From positions 20,956,001-21,020,000 of the forward strand of contig OZ024746.1 of the NCBI GenBank assembly GCA_964016885.1: a stretch of DNA of 64,000 nucleotides. Reading direction: 5' to 3'. This stretch comes from Eledone cirrhosa (lineage: Eukaryota). The notes beneath the pieces were generated by a model, which saw only the letters and a program-made list of their open reading frames with translations, did no database searches and was not told the DNA's origin. How positions within the stretch are numbered: position 1 is the first letter of the stretch; each line of letters begins with the position of its first letter. A program made the position numbers and the translations under genes. Positions 30,665 through 44,919 of this stretch are shown piece after piece.

Positions 30665-31732
30665 TGTTTCACCTTCACACCTTCTCCGGTTAAAAGATAC
30701 CGTGTATTATTCCCAGACTCGCAACAAGCACATTTCCCCAGAACTGTAGTGAGCATCGATCAATACAAGTTCACATCAAACACAAAATATATGGATCATA
30801 CGAGTTTCGGATGGCCTGCAAAGTTCATGTTCACTGTCACTTCACTTCTAAGTAGTTAATAAAATAAGAATCTATAAAATAGATACTTCTACTCCGACTA
30901 TCAAATAAAAATGGAAATATGCAACGTTGTATCGTGTGAAAAAGAAAGTTTCAAATGGTGTATTATAAAACGATTAATTATCTGTTGAAAGTAGATGTCG
31001 TCGAGAATATGTTGTTTTGGTAAGTAATAAAAAAGTGTAGCAGAAACCATTGTTGGGTAAAATGAAGATGATGGAAGCAAAGAAGATCCAGAAGCTGGTT
31101 GTTAGAAAGTAGTAATCGAAGAAAATATGAATCTCAAGAAGAAAAAGGAGAAGAAGAAGTCTGTGTTGACGACGATGATGCAGATGAGGATAATGATGAA
31201 AACGGTGATGCTTTTAGGGATGAGGACGGCACAGAGGAAAGTTTATTATTTATTTAAGAACTATAAAATTACATAAGAGGAGTAAGTATTGAAAAGGATT
31301 ATTGGAAACATAAAACTAAAGAGGATGAATAGAAGACAAAGTTGAAAAGTAGGTTAAAATTATGGAAGAGACGAGACTACAAATAAAGAGACCATTTAAA
31401 CAAGTTAATGTGAAGAATAATTATATAATAAATGGTATTAACTTTAATTCCTTTGATATCACTGCACTTTTACGAGGACAAAAGAAAGTTCAAATATAAA
31501 AATCGACAAATTTATTTTAATATGAACTTGGCTTTTAAATAAAGCTTTTGAATTATTCCATCAAAGTGAACTGATACATTTAGATAGCAGGCATATTATA
31601 TTTGCATTGCCGTTATCATATTTCGTTAGAAGAATAGATTCTACTTCATTGTTAGTAGATATAGATAAGGGACGGTCGGGAAGATAATTTTTAGAGATAT
31701 AGTCGAATCCAATGTTACATGAGAGGATATAT

Positions 31733-32570
31733 AATGGTTTTTGATTTAGGCATAATGCCAACAATTTTGGGGGAGGGGCTTACTGGTGTTTTATTTTATC
31801 GACCTCTTAAGAATGAAAGGCAAAGCGAACTTCGGCGAATTCAAACTCAGAACGTATAAGGACGTAAAGGACAAAAATGCCGTAGAGCACATTGTTCGAC
31901 GCTCCACTGATACTGCCAATCTAATAATTGTTTCTACTTTTGACACAAGGTCATCAATTATCCCAGTGTATTACTGGTACTTTATTTTATCGACCCCGTA
32001 AGGATGAAAGGCAAAATAAACCTCGGCGGGATTTGAACTCTGAACATAAAGGGCCGTAACTCTTTGCTGCAAAGCATGTTGTCTGACCCTCTATCGATAC
32101 TGCCAATCCAATCTAATAATAATGATTTCTTATGTAGGCACAAAGCCAGTAATTTTGGAGGAGGGGAAAGTCGATTAAATCGACCCCAGTGTGTGACTGG
32201 TACTTTATTTTATCAACCCCGTAAAGATGAAAAGTAAAGTTAACATCGGCAGGATTTGAACTCAGATCATAAAGGGCCGTAACTCTATGCTGAAAAGCAT
32301 GTTTTCCGACGCCCTACCGATACTGCCAATCCACCGCCCTGCCAATCTAATAATAATGGTTTCTTATATAGGCACAAGGCCAGCAATTTGAGGGAGAGGG
32401 GAAAGTCGATTAAATCGACCCCAGTGCGTGAGTGTTACTTTATTTTATCGACCCCGTAAGGATGAAAGGCAAAGTTTACCTCGGCTGGATTTGAACTCAG
32501 AACGTAAAGAGCCGTAACTCTATGCCACGAGGTAGGTGTCCGACGCTCTACTGATACTGCCAATCCGTCG
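31733..32570 (-). mobile_element. Head-to-tail array of four SINE A copies
   Basis: Four cores (TTTTATCRACC...GATGAAA.G.AAA) at about 31795, 31985, 32210 and 32445, each followed by a head. Confidence 0.9.
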
Positions 32571-33837
32571 ATAAGAATAACAAAATAATAATAACAGTGT
32601 GTAAATAAGAATATAAAATTGAATTACATAATTACAGGAATCCACTGGAATATAAGCCTCCAAAAGAAAAGCGTATTTTCTAAAAAGAAAGGCCTATATC
32701 TATGAATATATTAATTAAAGATTTTACCAAAAGTAGATTCATTGTAATACGTTTATGACAATTTTGTGACAGTAAGCTTCGCATAATCGATAGTATTAAA
32801 AATTAAACAGGTAAAATATGTATAGCATATATTGATAGAATATAGTGATAATTTTACAGTGTACAGTTATTGGCTTGTTTTATTAAAGTTCACCAATGAC
32901 TACACACAGTCTGTTGTATTCAGATCTATCTATTAGTGTGTATCTCACTTATTACTCTCTTTGAAAAGGTGGTCTCATATTTCTGTAGCGTCTTTAAAGA
33001 AAATGTATTCGACAACCCAAACACATAACTTTCACGTCCAGATAACAAGCCCCGGAAGATTATAAGATCAAACAGGTCCCTTTGCACATCATTGTATGAA
33101 CATCTTGAAATTTAGCAAACGCATGGTGCCATACTCGACTGTACGATTGCTAATATGTACAAAATCGAAACTTTTGCCATTAATCAATTCAATAGCTCAA
33201 ACAATCAATTAATCAATGATAATAATTATATTAGTCATTCAGTGAAAAACAATTTACCAAAATATATCTCACACGCACACAGTTGGAAAACGATTAAATT
33301 CCTTAACCTTTCCAACTACAATCATTACTCTGTGAAATAATCAACTACTGAAAGAAGTTATTTTTCTAGATTATACACATAGTTTAGATGTCAAATTAAT
33401 GTTGAAATCTTTGCTTAATTGATGAGTTCTTGTGAAAGTTAAGTGTTTTCATTAACGACACAGAGCACATGTTATCGGAAATAAAACGCAACATCATTAC
33501 AAGCAGACTAAAGAAAATATATTGATTTCTGTAGGTGAAATAATTCTATGTGAACATCAAAAGTTCTGACTGATACAACAGGCAGATCATCGTAAGACCT
33601 TTTACGATATTGAAAACACAAAGAGTGAAACAAAGTAAACACAAATCTCATCTAACGTCAATAATTAGTTTTAATGCAAAACAACACATTATCGCCGACT
33701 TTCACTGGTACGGTAAAACAAAGTTAGGTTCTTTGATGGAAAATAAAAATATCTGAATCATATATAGGCTGCCTATGATTACTTCTCGATAATTGCATTT
33801 GTTCTTAAAGTAAGCAAGCTCACATGCGATCCCCCAA

Positions 33838-33882
<45 letters not shown>

Positions 33883-33967
33883 ATAATAATAAATTTGAAG
33901 ACTAAATTTCAAAGAGGACTCGATAAGGATAAATATATATCAAATATATAAGAACCGTAGAGCAAAT

Positions 33968-34100
33968 ATTTATTAAAATAACAGATTAAAGTTTAAGCAA
34001 AGAATCGCTGCTTTCACCCTTAACGGGATCCTCTGAAGATCCCGTTAAGAGTGAAAGCAGCGATTCTTTGCTTAAACTTTAATCTGTTATTTTAATAAAT
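33968..34100. repeat. 63-bp-arm palindrome (one mismatch) centred on an HHR-like motif
   Basis: Arms at 33968-34030 and 34038-34100. The centre reads CTGAAGA-TCCC-GTTAA-G(A/G)GT-GAAAG. A related single copy lies at 39434-39492 (-). Confidence 0.85.
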
Positions 34101-34102
34101 AA

Positions 34103-34171
<69 letters not shown>

Positions 34172-34429
34172 TATTTACACACACAGATATAGAGATAGAT
34201 ATTTGTATGAAATCATATATATATATATGCGTATTTGTGTGCGTATTGAGTGTGTGTGCGGGCGTGCATGCATATGTATATGTTATGAATGTATGTATAT
34301 ATATATATATATATATATGCAAGTATATTATATATCATATAGCCATACATGTAAGTAGAAACAGACACGCAAACAGACATATATGTTGTATCTTTATTTA
34401 ATGTTATCCGTAAACATCTCTCCATATAA

Positions 34430-34712
34430 AATCCAATGAAGATTGGAGGAGAACAACTGGTAGAGGGCACTTTACCTTAGCGGAAAGGGTGACCGCGCCT
34501 TTTTGTGAGATTTCTCCACGAGTAATCCTTGGAGTTTCCTCTCCTTTGGGGAATTGGTTATATTTGTTTTTTAAATGTTTATTTTCTTAGTCTCTGTTAT
34601 ACATTTTATTTTACATAAAACCCCCTACACTGTTCGTTCTGTACCGTCTTAACGTTTCCTTAATGTGAGCTCTGTGTGGTTAACAAAGAAATTATTAATC
34701 ATTATTATTATT
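34430..34712 (+). mobile_element. Probable LINE 3' end with an (ATT)n tail
   Basis: CCTTAATGTGAGCTCTGTGTGGTTAACAAAGAAATTATTAATCATTATTATTA looks like a LINE 3' UTR terminus. The family is not assigned. Confidence 0.35.
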
Positions 34713-35789
34713 CATTTATCGAGCAAACCATTATTATATAATAGATGAGGTAGAACAGGTAGAGCGACAGATAAAACTACTTCTGGTATTTTCCAAACTC
34801 TTTAGGGTCTGAGTCAGAGTTGCTGTTTATCATTCTTTAGAGCTCGATGAATACCTGTTAACCACAGAGGTCGATATAATATTGTTTTGAAATAAAATCT
34901 CGTTGATATCAACTTGAGCTTTTGTCATTCTGGCTTCCATAAAACGATGTCGTAGTTTTATGTACTGGATTCGATATAATCGATTTACACCTTACAAATT
35001 GAGGTTTTGTGCACTCATTAGAAACCAATATTAATTAGAAAGTAAGTCAGGAAGTAACACCTGCATAAACAGTTGCAGAATAAATATTAGTCACTGCACG
35101 TAAAGAATTAGTTGCGAGAGAATCACTAAATTACTAGGTAGAACTGTTATATTGTACACGAGCAGGTGTGAAAAGTTAGCACATTTAAATATATAATTTA
35201 ATATATAATTAATACCTGACATTGCTCCACTGTAACCAGGTAAACACTAGGAAGCAACATTACAGGTATCTTGTAATCATCAAAAACTATGAAGCAACAC
35301 TACAGGTATCTTGTGCGATACCTGTATAAATAGCGCACGGATTAGGTAATTATGTTCGCAAGCCTATGGATGGCGTCCATGAGTTAATTAACCCCAAGGA
35401 TATATGTTGTGAAGTAAATAACAATGCGAAGTTAATAGAATTAATGATCAAGAATGAGAAAATTGGTCAGAAATTGATTCTGACATTCTGATGAATATAT
35501 TATCTGATTACTATGAAACTATGCCAGGCATGTTACCAATAAGTGAACGTGAATGAAATGCCGAGTTCTTCATTGTAGACAGATGGTTCAGGTGTTTCAT
35601 TTCCATTCCCATTGTGACAAAATTAATAATTATAACATACAACTCTAATAGTGGAAAGCAACATAACAGACTATTCAGCCTTTAGTATAAGGTCTATAAC
35701 AAATGTAACACATACGTTAAAATAATTTGTTCAACTATCTGGTGTTCCGCACAAGCCTGCTTAGACAAGAGAATTGGATGTATGTTTGC

Positions 35790-36112
35790 GTAACTCCCGA
35801 GGGAGTCGTAGAAGTGCCGTATTCATATACGGCGTTTCGAAGACATTTTTAAGCCTGGCAGAGTTCATCTCCTCCCCAGGTCTCAATACAGTAGATGATT
35901 TCCAGAAAAGGATAGAAAGACTGAGAAAATGGGAGTGAGATATAGAGGAAGATATAGAGTGAGATATAGAGGAATAATCGACCTCAGTAATTTTCGAATG
36001 AATGCAAGACAAAGTTGACCTCGGCGAGATTTGAACTCGACGAGAGCAGAGAGCCGAAACGCATACCACAAAGCATTCTATACGACGTTCTAACGACTCC
36101 GCCAATTCCCCG
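35790..36112 (-). mobile_element. Older SINE A-related subfamily with extended tail
   Basis: Reverse complement aligns with 15235-15570. Confidence 0.7.
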
Positions 36113-39100
36113 TCTATAGACAAGAAAACACTCCACTGCAAATAGCTATAGATGAAAAAATTATACTTCAAATGAATACATATGTATAAAACTATGTAGT
36201 GAAAGCGATAAAGCACCATTAAGGAAATGCAATAATATTCATTATAAAAAAAACCTGTCTCAAGCCAAGAGGCTCATTAAGCCGATGTGCCATGCTAGAT
36301 TTGCCTTTCATCATTATGGTATCGATAAAATAGAGTACCAGTAACGGACTGAAGTCCGTTTAATCGACTTTTCCCTCTCCCCAGATCGTTGGTGTTATGC
36401 CTAAATCAGAAACTAATACTTTGTTTCGGGAAAAGAAAATGCTTCCGAACCGACGATGTCATGGATATTTAACCGGAATTAAAAACAAATTGTTATGAGA
36501 AGGTGGGCAGCGGAGGGATGCATTTGGTGAAACATTTATTCCAAGTTAGAGAGGAAGACATATATGAATTGTAGAGTAAGAGAAGTGGGTGCATTGAGAG
36601 AGCTTCGGTGAAGATGGTTCAAAGATTGAAATTTCAGTGGGGAAAAAATAACATGTAGTAACGGTAGAATAGAGAAGGAATGAATGTCTGGTGTTGTTTT
36701 ATTGTCATCAGGTCATATCATACATCTGATTCTCTGAAGGAGATAGGTTAGCATTTTCGGCATTTTGATAAGTGAATATTTGAGTGTGTGCTTCGTGTGG
36801 TCATTTTTAGATATAGTTCAGAATGTTTGCACGTGTTAAGTTGCAGCGAGCATGTCAGTAATTGGTGGTTTATACTTTGTAGAAAGGTAATTTATGTTCT
36901 GTATCTGGATTATTTTATACATATTCCGGGCGAAGGATACAGTTATAATTAAATTGAAACCAGAACGTGATTATCAATAATAATATTTATCCTATGTATG
37001 AGATAAAACAAATATTGACTCTTTCAGAACATTATATTAGAAAGGTAGGGGGAAGTAAATGAAGTACTACTTCATATATAAACCACCTATCTAACACTTC
37101 ACGGTATTCCTATGACGTTAATTATCATAAATATTATAAATATTTATAGTAATTAATAATAATGAGGAATTATTCATGCTGCCACATCGTAATAATACTC
37201 TTATTATGAAATAATGTATTGCGGCAACTTTCATTATAATCAAGTGATAACCTCTATAAGATAACTCGTACATTATGTGATAATGAATCTGTAATAGAAT
37301 TATAACAGGCTTACTAAATATAAGAAATCATATGATTGAGATTAAAACCAAGTACTTGGTTTCCTACAATATTATTTTGGTGAGAAACACTACTTGCGAT
37401 AGAGCTATGTTCAATCTCGAGGGATTTGTATCTCATTCACTTAAGAATAGGCGACGAATTGGCAGATACGTTAACTCATCGGGTTAAATGTCTTGATATT
37501 TGTTCTGGCTCAATGAAATTTGAGTTCAAATGAACAACAGAGGTCAACTTTGTCTGCTATTATTTCGAGGGTAATAAATAAAGTACTAGTCCAGTATTGG
37601 GATTAATTCTTCCCCCTTCTCTTACTTCTTGTCTAGAAGAAATCGAGTGTGCTTCGATTTGGAGAGAGATAGGCTCCGCTAGGTTCCAGCATGCTCATGA
37701 CCCGGCGTGTGTCAGGATAGCGCCCAAACGACTCCATCAAAGGTAAAATACCCTTTGCATTCCTTTCCATTCAATTCCAGTTAACAGAATGGCAACATAG
37801 ATACGTACTAGCCCTATATATATATAGGTAAATTTGAAAACAGATTAATATTATCCTTAGTCATTTAACTATAAACCCCTTTAAAAACAATAATAAGAGT
37901 TGTCTTATACACAGGCTTAAAACAAGTGACATTGAATGTCTTACTTAAGGATTTTTGGACATCTACTTATTTAATAAAGTTGATGGGATTATAGTGCTTT
38001 AATTATATCCCTTCTCTTTTAAATTATACTCGTAGAGATATCAGGAAACGAAGACTCATGCCTAGAGTTATAGCTATCAGAGGTATTAGCTTGCTTAAAA
38101 CTATGGACGAGTATAAAATATGCAGATAATTTACAAATGAAATATACAAAATCTGTTTTAACCGATACTGAACGTGGAACTTACATATTAAAATGTAAAT
38201 GTAAAGTGTTCCTAACGGGTTTTTCGTTGAACGAAAACTATTGCTCATTTGTGAGTCTGCTATGATACTAGATTTCTATCAACTTTTAACATCATTTGAA
38301 TGTGAATTCATTGAAAACTGAGATCTATGATCCGCTTAAACGAAAGTTTTAAATTCAACAAAAACCAAAAATAAAATATATTTATATCTCTTGAGCTTAG
38401 AAAATGTTATTCTTAGGTCGAGTTGCTCGAGGCAAAATAATTTTTAAATCTTCAAAATATTTTTTGCGTTGTTCAGATAGCTTCGGAACATATTCTTTTG
38501 AAAACGTTAAAAAAAAGTAATTATAGTTTAATAAAGAACTTTATTCCTATATCTATTGACACTACTACATTATACTATTTTCTGACGCCAAGTGAATCCT
38601 TGCTATATAATTACAAATGCGACACATTTATTAGAGTCGTATTTAAAATCATGTTAATATAACAAATTAAGAAATAATGGTAATGAACGACACAAAAAAG
38701 CAGAAAATACTGATAATCATTGTAAAAATATCCTCCCCATATAACTTATACAGCACAGATAATTTGTTGTATTTGAAGCATATTACAGGAGTATATATAG
38801 ATACAGTAAACAGAATAAGTAAGTAAATCTATCAGAATTAACCATATTAATATGAGGACTATGCAATATTGTAGCTATAAGAAATATTACATTACATTAA
38901 ATTAGTTAAATACCATTCTTTCATCCCAGTGGAGTTAAATAAACATGTTTGTGGTTCTATATAAAAAAAAAGAAAAAAAAAAGAAATATGCTTTAAATTG
39001 ATGGAATAATTTTACGTTAAGACTAATTAATAAAATAACAGTGTAAGGTTTTCACCGGCAAACGAATTGTACCTGATAAATGACGGCCGAAAAACGAACA

Positions 39101-39205
39101 CGTATTACATACAGCAAAACAGCAAAGAAATCCAAAACATTTATGATTACATCGTATGCAGCATGTAATTCCTCCCCGCTCAAATATGTACATATGTACA
39201 CCCCC

Positions 39206-39426
<221 letters not shown>

Positions 39427-39777
39427 TATTAGCGCAGATTAAAAGTTTATGCAACCATTTTCTGCTTTCAGTCTAAAGCGGGATCTTCTGAAACATATAT
39501 ATCCCCCAACCCACACAGGTTTATATATATATATACACAAGAATAATATGTTGAGAGAACAAACTTAGTTGAGATATGCCAAGAAGATTAAAAGCTCAAT
39601 GCGTTCCTACAATCCGCAAATAGAACAAACCGATTCTTCTAAGGTGTAATCCATAGGGCAAAATAATCCGAATATTGTACGAGTGTAAGATCACAGAGCG
39701 TTAATAATAAAGAATAGCCAACCAACTGTTCAGAGGGATTTCATAACATTTTTATCAGTCCTACGAACGAATCCAAG

Positions 39778-39879
39778 GACTATGTTGAAAACTATACTTC
39801 ATGTTGAAAAATAAACCTCAGGTGGTCATTCCATGAGAGTATTTTGGTTAGCCTATGAAACTTTCAGTTAACCCTCATA
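39778..39879. mobile_element. Tc1/mariner MITE, half copy
   Basis: GTTGAAAAATAAACCTCA...CTTTCAGTTAACCCTCATA. Confidence 0.7.
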
Positions 39880-40411
39880 CGAATTAATGATAGTGATGGT
39901 TAATATTTTTCATGTTAGTAAGATTCCTGTATCTGCCAATAAATACATGTGCTAATCATCAGGCTTAAAACAAAAGAAAAATTAAAAGAAGAATTAAGAA
40001 AAAATTCCCTGCACATATTAATTGCATTTCATTTTTTGTTTTTACCCGAGAGACTTAAACATGTAAAAAATCCACATAAAATTGAAGAGATGTAAGCCAT
40101 ATATAGAGGAGACATTCAAATATTACAATATCATACTGATAACGGAAGATGATATCCGTGCTCAATGAACCGTTAAAATCATTAGAACGCTAGATTTAAA
40201 AAACAAATGTCTAAATTTACATATCTGTTTATTGTTGAAATAAGATTTAGTAAGAAAAAAGGGGAAACAAAAGGAAAGAAAGAATAGGGAAATATAGAAG
40301 AAAAAGAGAGAAAGAAAGAAGAAAAAGAACGGGAAGGGGCGGGAGTGGCAAGATCTCTGGTGTCGCAGAAGAGAGGGGAGGGGGTGAAGGGAGGGTGATT
40401 GGGCTTTGGGC

Positions 40412-40830
40412 CTAGGGCAAAAGGGCAGAAGTGCTGCGCCCCGCTGACGAGACGGCAAAAGCATTTCCCCGGACGATGGCCAGTAACACCCGCTGCAACA
40501 GCCACCCAACCTCGCGGGGATCACTCCTCAGACGGACCACCGACGCTCCGATCTTGCGGAGGAGCTCGGCAGTACGGGGTCCAAGTACGCTTGAGGTTTT
40601 GACGGTGACCGCTGTGAAGAGGAAGCGGCCGGACAAACCCCGGTATTTGTTTATTTTACGTTCTTCTGCGAGGCGGGCTGTGATGCCGGGGTTTGTGGCC
40701 GAAGTGACTAAGCTGGAGGCGGAGAATGTATCGCAGCAGGTGGCGTCCCAGATGAGGAATCTACCTCCTTCGAATGGGAAGAAGGTAAAACCGGCATGCG
40801 CTTTGGTGTCAAGTCAGAGGGTGTAGGCCG
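40412..40830 (-). pseudogene. Decayed 3' fragment of a CRE-clade non-LTR retrotransposon (restriction-like endonuclease region)
   Basis: Minus-strand translation GFTFFPFEGGRFLIWDATCCDTFS...AEERKINKY...TSSVLGP...DPREVGWLLQRVLLAIVRGNA fits the CRE C-terminal pattern WD.T..DT...E..K..KY...QR.S.A..RGNA. The segment is GC-rich. Confidence 0.8.
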
Positions 40831-41029
40831 AATTTGTCAACAACCGCCCCGCAGCGGCATGTATGTGCCTCACACGCGCGGAGGCGTTGGGTTAATTCGA
40901 TGCGAGGGTACTCATCACCAAGTAAGGTATCGGTTGATGAGAAGGGCACCGAATGTAGTCATGCACCATCGTTGGGCTGAGAAGCGGAGCGGAGGCAAAC
41001 GACGCGATATTGGTCCAAGCCAGGCTCGA

Positions 41030-41560
41030 TAGAAAGTGAGGTATGTAATGGAATATAGTGAGGGGGAGAGAATGTGGTGGTCTAGTGAGAGAGGGGTAAA
41101 TGTGAAAGAGAGTGAGATATGTAGTGGGTCATAGAGAGGGGGTGAAAGTTTGGTGGTATAGTGAGTGAGAGGGAATTAAGAGAGTGATAGAGAGAATTTG
41201 GTGATCTAGAGTGAGAGGAGGAATTCTGAGAGAGTGAAGTATGTAGTGGGATATAGAGGGTAGCAGAGAGTTTGCTGTTTTAGTGAGAGAGGGGGAAATC
41301 GTGAGAATGATAGAGAGTGAGTTTTGTAATGGTATATAGAGAGGGGGAGAATTTTTTGTGGTTTAACGAGAGAGTTGGAATTTGAGAGTGGGAGAAAGTG
41401 AGGTATGTAGTGGGATAGAGAGAGGGGGAGAGAGTTTGGTGGTTTAGTGAGAGAGGGAGAATGTTGGTCTAGTGAGAGAGAGAGTGAGGCATATAGTGGT
41501 ATATAGAGAGGGTGAGAAAGGTATGTTTTAGTGAGAGAGGGGTAATAGTTTGATAGAGAG
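41030..41560. repeat. Degenerate purine-rich minisatellite (~75-80 bp units)
   Basis: Recurring GTATGTAGTGG.ATAGAGAGGGGG...TTTGGTGGT.TAGTGAGAGAG. Confidence 0.75.
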
Positions 41561-41778
41561 TGAAGAAAAATGTTTTAATATTTGGTTTCAAAGTAAAGTG
41601 GCTGCGTATATGAGTGTGTGTTTATATGTATATGTGTGTGTATGTATATATGTGTGTATATATATATGTGTGTGTGTGTGTGCGTTTATATATATATGGT
41701 GCGTGTTCGTATGTTTTTATATATATATGTGTGCGTATGTTTGTTTATATGTGTGTGTATTTATATATATGCGTGTGT

Positions 41779-41830
<52 letters not shown>

Positions 41831-42267
41831 TTATTTATATGTGTGTGTGTATGAGTGTTTATATATATATGTCTGTGCGTGTTTATGTGTGTGTGTGTAT
41901 TACATACACACATACAAACACACACATATATGTGTGTGAGTCTGTGTGGTTGTATATGTGTATGGGTATGCGTATGTATATGCGCGCGCGTGTATGTATA
42001 TATATGTGTGTGTGTATGCATATATATGTATATATATATATATTTATGTGGGGGTGTCTGTGACCTGTATACACTGGCCACAGACACAATCACACACACA
42101 CACACACACACACACACATGATGGTAAACACATTCGAAGAGGCTTTAAGGAGAAAAGTAAGAAGAAAACAGAAAAGACAGAAAAAAGGTGTGTTTTTGTT
42201 TTTGACTCAGCGATAATCGTGGTGGCGTGTTATCATTTCGTCTCATCGTCTCAATTAGAAACCATTA

Positions 42268-42497
42268 TTAATCCACTGGGATAATTGCTGGCCTTGTGCC
42301 AAAAGTAGAAACAATTATTACATCGGTAGAGGGACGGACGCCATGCTTAGCAGCAAAGAGTTACGGCCCTTTATGATCTGAGTTCAAATCCCGCCGAGGT
42401 TAACTTTGCCTTTCATCCTTACGGGGTCGATAAAATAAAGTACCAGTAATACACTGGGATAATTGCTGGCCTTGTGCCAAAAGTAGAAACAATTATT
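42268..42497 (+). mobile_element. SINE A preceded by a duplicate of its own 3' tail
   Basis: CACTGGGATAATTGCTGGCCTTGTGCCAAAAGTAGAAACAATTATTAC occurs at about 42274 and 42452. Confidence 0.85.
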
Positions 42498-42571
42498 ACC
42501 AATTTAATAGCTAGGTGGTAAGCCCTGTTATTCTGAAGATTCATTTGCGCACTTGTAGGGTCATCAGACAA

Positions 42572-42628
42572 GAGTCTTGTCTGATGATCCTCTGAGTGCG
42601 CAAGTGAAACTCGAGCGTAACAAGGCTC
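42572..42628 (+). ncRNA. Hammerhead ribozyme with a decayed stem II; a diverged inverted copy lies at ~42520-42572
   Basis: 9-bp stem I GAGTCTTGT/ACAAGGCTC, core CTGATGA, GAAAC-TCGAGC-GTA, with the palindrome CTCGAG in loop III. Confidence 0.65.
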
Positions 42629-42659
42629 GCCACAGCAATAACACCGAATTGGCGGGACA

Positions 42660-42890
42660 TCCGACAGGTTTGCAGTCGAGTCCCTAGCAGTGGAGACTTT
42701 TGGTGTCCTTGGCCCTAGGTCTACCTACCTACTTACCACCATAGGTGCTGAGCTGGTAAGCCACAGGTGTGAGCCTCGCGAGATGGAATGCCTTTTCCAG
42801 CGCATCTCCCTTACCATCCTCCGGGGAAACGCCTTGTCGATTTTGTCCGCCGGGGCCGTAGGGCGGCCGGCGCATGGGAACCCCATTTGA
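42660..42890 (+). pseudogene. Second CRE-clade LINE C-terminal fragment
   Basis: LAVETFGVLGPRS...IGAEL...EPREMECLFQRISLTILRGNA, homologous to 40412-40640. Confidence 0.8.
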
Positions 42891-43932
42891 TTATAGTATT
42901 GAGAGATGGAGAAAGAATTTGAAGACAGATGAAAAGAATTAAAGAAGTATTAAAACGACATGTAGCTTAAGTGGAAGCTAATCTTGAAATGAAAGAAAGT
43001 GTGTGAGTGTGTGCGTTTCTACGTGTTCGTTTATTAATAAGTATGTTAGAGTATTCTGTTGTAGTGCACGTGTTCGTGAGTATTTCAGTGTGGGCGTGTG
43101 GATAACGTAGGATACAGGGTGAGGTGTATAGGGCAGATCAGATGAAGAGGAGAGACGCATTAATGCCATGGGGATAGAGTTATTAAGAAATATATTAATG
43201 TACGGTAAAACAATATTAAATCCAAACAGTTAGAATTTATTATCATGGTAATACATTTTAGTTATATTTATTTTACCCTGTTCGAGATTGTTTCAAAATA
43301 CTGTTAGAATTAATTGTTTTTGTAGTTTTAGGTTCTAAAATCCTACAATATTGATTGACAATCTCCAATGGACTACTTAAATATTTATTATGCATAGGTA
43401 GAACATACTAATCAATATAATATTGATTTAAAAGTGAACATTGATATGTATATGAGATAAATTTGCATAGAAGTTGATATAGTAACTGTTTTGAATATTT
43501 CGTTAATTTGTTCGGTGTGCATAAATTTGGTTAAATGGCAAATCAACTGATATGATTTGGTGAGTTGATTTCATAACGTTATTAGACATGCTATCTATTG
43601 AGAGAGAGACATAATGGACACGAATGTATGGAGAACAAGCTCACGATATTAATGTAGTTTGCATGCATAATAACCTGATTAGTAGGCGACGGTTGCTTGA
43701 AGGATATATTTCCAACAAAGAAATGCTTTCGAATCTTAAATATATATTAGTTTCTATGACACAAGGATAATTTTATATGTTAGTGATATATATAATCGAT
43801 AGTATACATTCTGCTATATCGATGATAGTTATTCTATTAACTCTTCAGTGATAAATGTAATATTATGACATGATTGCTATTGCTAACTGGTAATCCCTTT
43901 TATTGTCAATTGAATGTCAGTAAACAAGTGTA

Positions 43933-44480
43933 TTACTGTATACACTCCTATACAAGACGAAAAGTATGTGACAAAAAAAAAAAAAATCGATGGTAAAATG
44001 GGGTCGACTTATTTTCGAGGTCAAAATTTTACAGATTTTCACCAACTTCACGAAAATTCTATGTAAATGAGGTGCTGAAATATTTTCACTTTAGATGTGA
44101 ATATTACCACCGGTTTCACTTTCGACATGAAATTCGTATTTTCTATTTTTTTTAATGTGTTTTGAATGAATATGACCTTCAAAATGGCTAGAAATTGGTA
44201 GAAGACATTGGTTAATGGAGCTGTGAAACAAAACCTATACTCTAAACGACACTTAAACATTTTAAATATCAAAATATTAAAACTTCATAAATATATTCTT
44301 CACGTATGATAATTTCATAACTGCATCATAATGTATTGATTACTTGCCTCAATTTATAAACGGGGGTTGGAGTTTTTCCTATTTTTTAGACACAAAATAG
44401 GGTGTCAGCTTATATTCGATCAGCTTGTATTCGATTATATTCGAACGAGCTTGCATTCGATTGTATTCGAACAAGCTTAG
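43933..44480. mobile_element. Decayed Tc2/pogo-like DNA transposon remnant
   Basis: TACTGTATACACTCCTATACAAGACG, GGGGTCGACTTAT and GGGTGTCAGCTTATATTCGA motifs, plus short 26-bp tandem repeats near 44425-44478. Confidence 0.4.
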
Positions 44481-44919
44481 GCTACGAACACTATCAAATT
44501 CAAACAAGCTTGAGGCACGACATTTTTGTTTTGTTGAGACATCTCACATAAACAATGTTTCTGAGATTTCCTGTGATGAGGTGCAGGGACATTCGTGTTG
44601 TACTGGACTTTAGCAAAACCCGCGTGGTAGCCCTCTGTGTTGAAGAGATCGCAAAAAGTATTGTTCCAAACGCATGTGTCTCTTTAAAACATAATTCAGT
44701 TACGATGTAGAGCAAGAAATCACGAAATATATGAAGTAAAATAATGTTATTTGATTTTTAAAGGAATGTGTATTAGAATAAAAGTTTTGAGTTCATATCA
44801 ATGTAAAATTTATATTTACTATTAACGGTAACTGTAATTTGGTACACTATATCCTTTCCCAAATAGATTCTAGAAAGAGGTTGTTGGTGATATTACCGTT
44901 GTATGGATTTCTCTGAAAA

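Noticed and set aside
31060-31257. Acidic coding stretch (EEKGEEEVCVDDDDADED...)
   Set aside because: It looks like decayed GAA/GAT repeats, with no convincing splice sites.
35251-35314. 24-bp direct repeat pair with a 16-bp spacer
   Set aside because: Only two copies; an ordinary short duplication.
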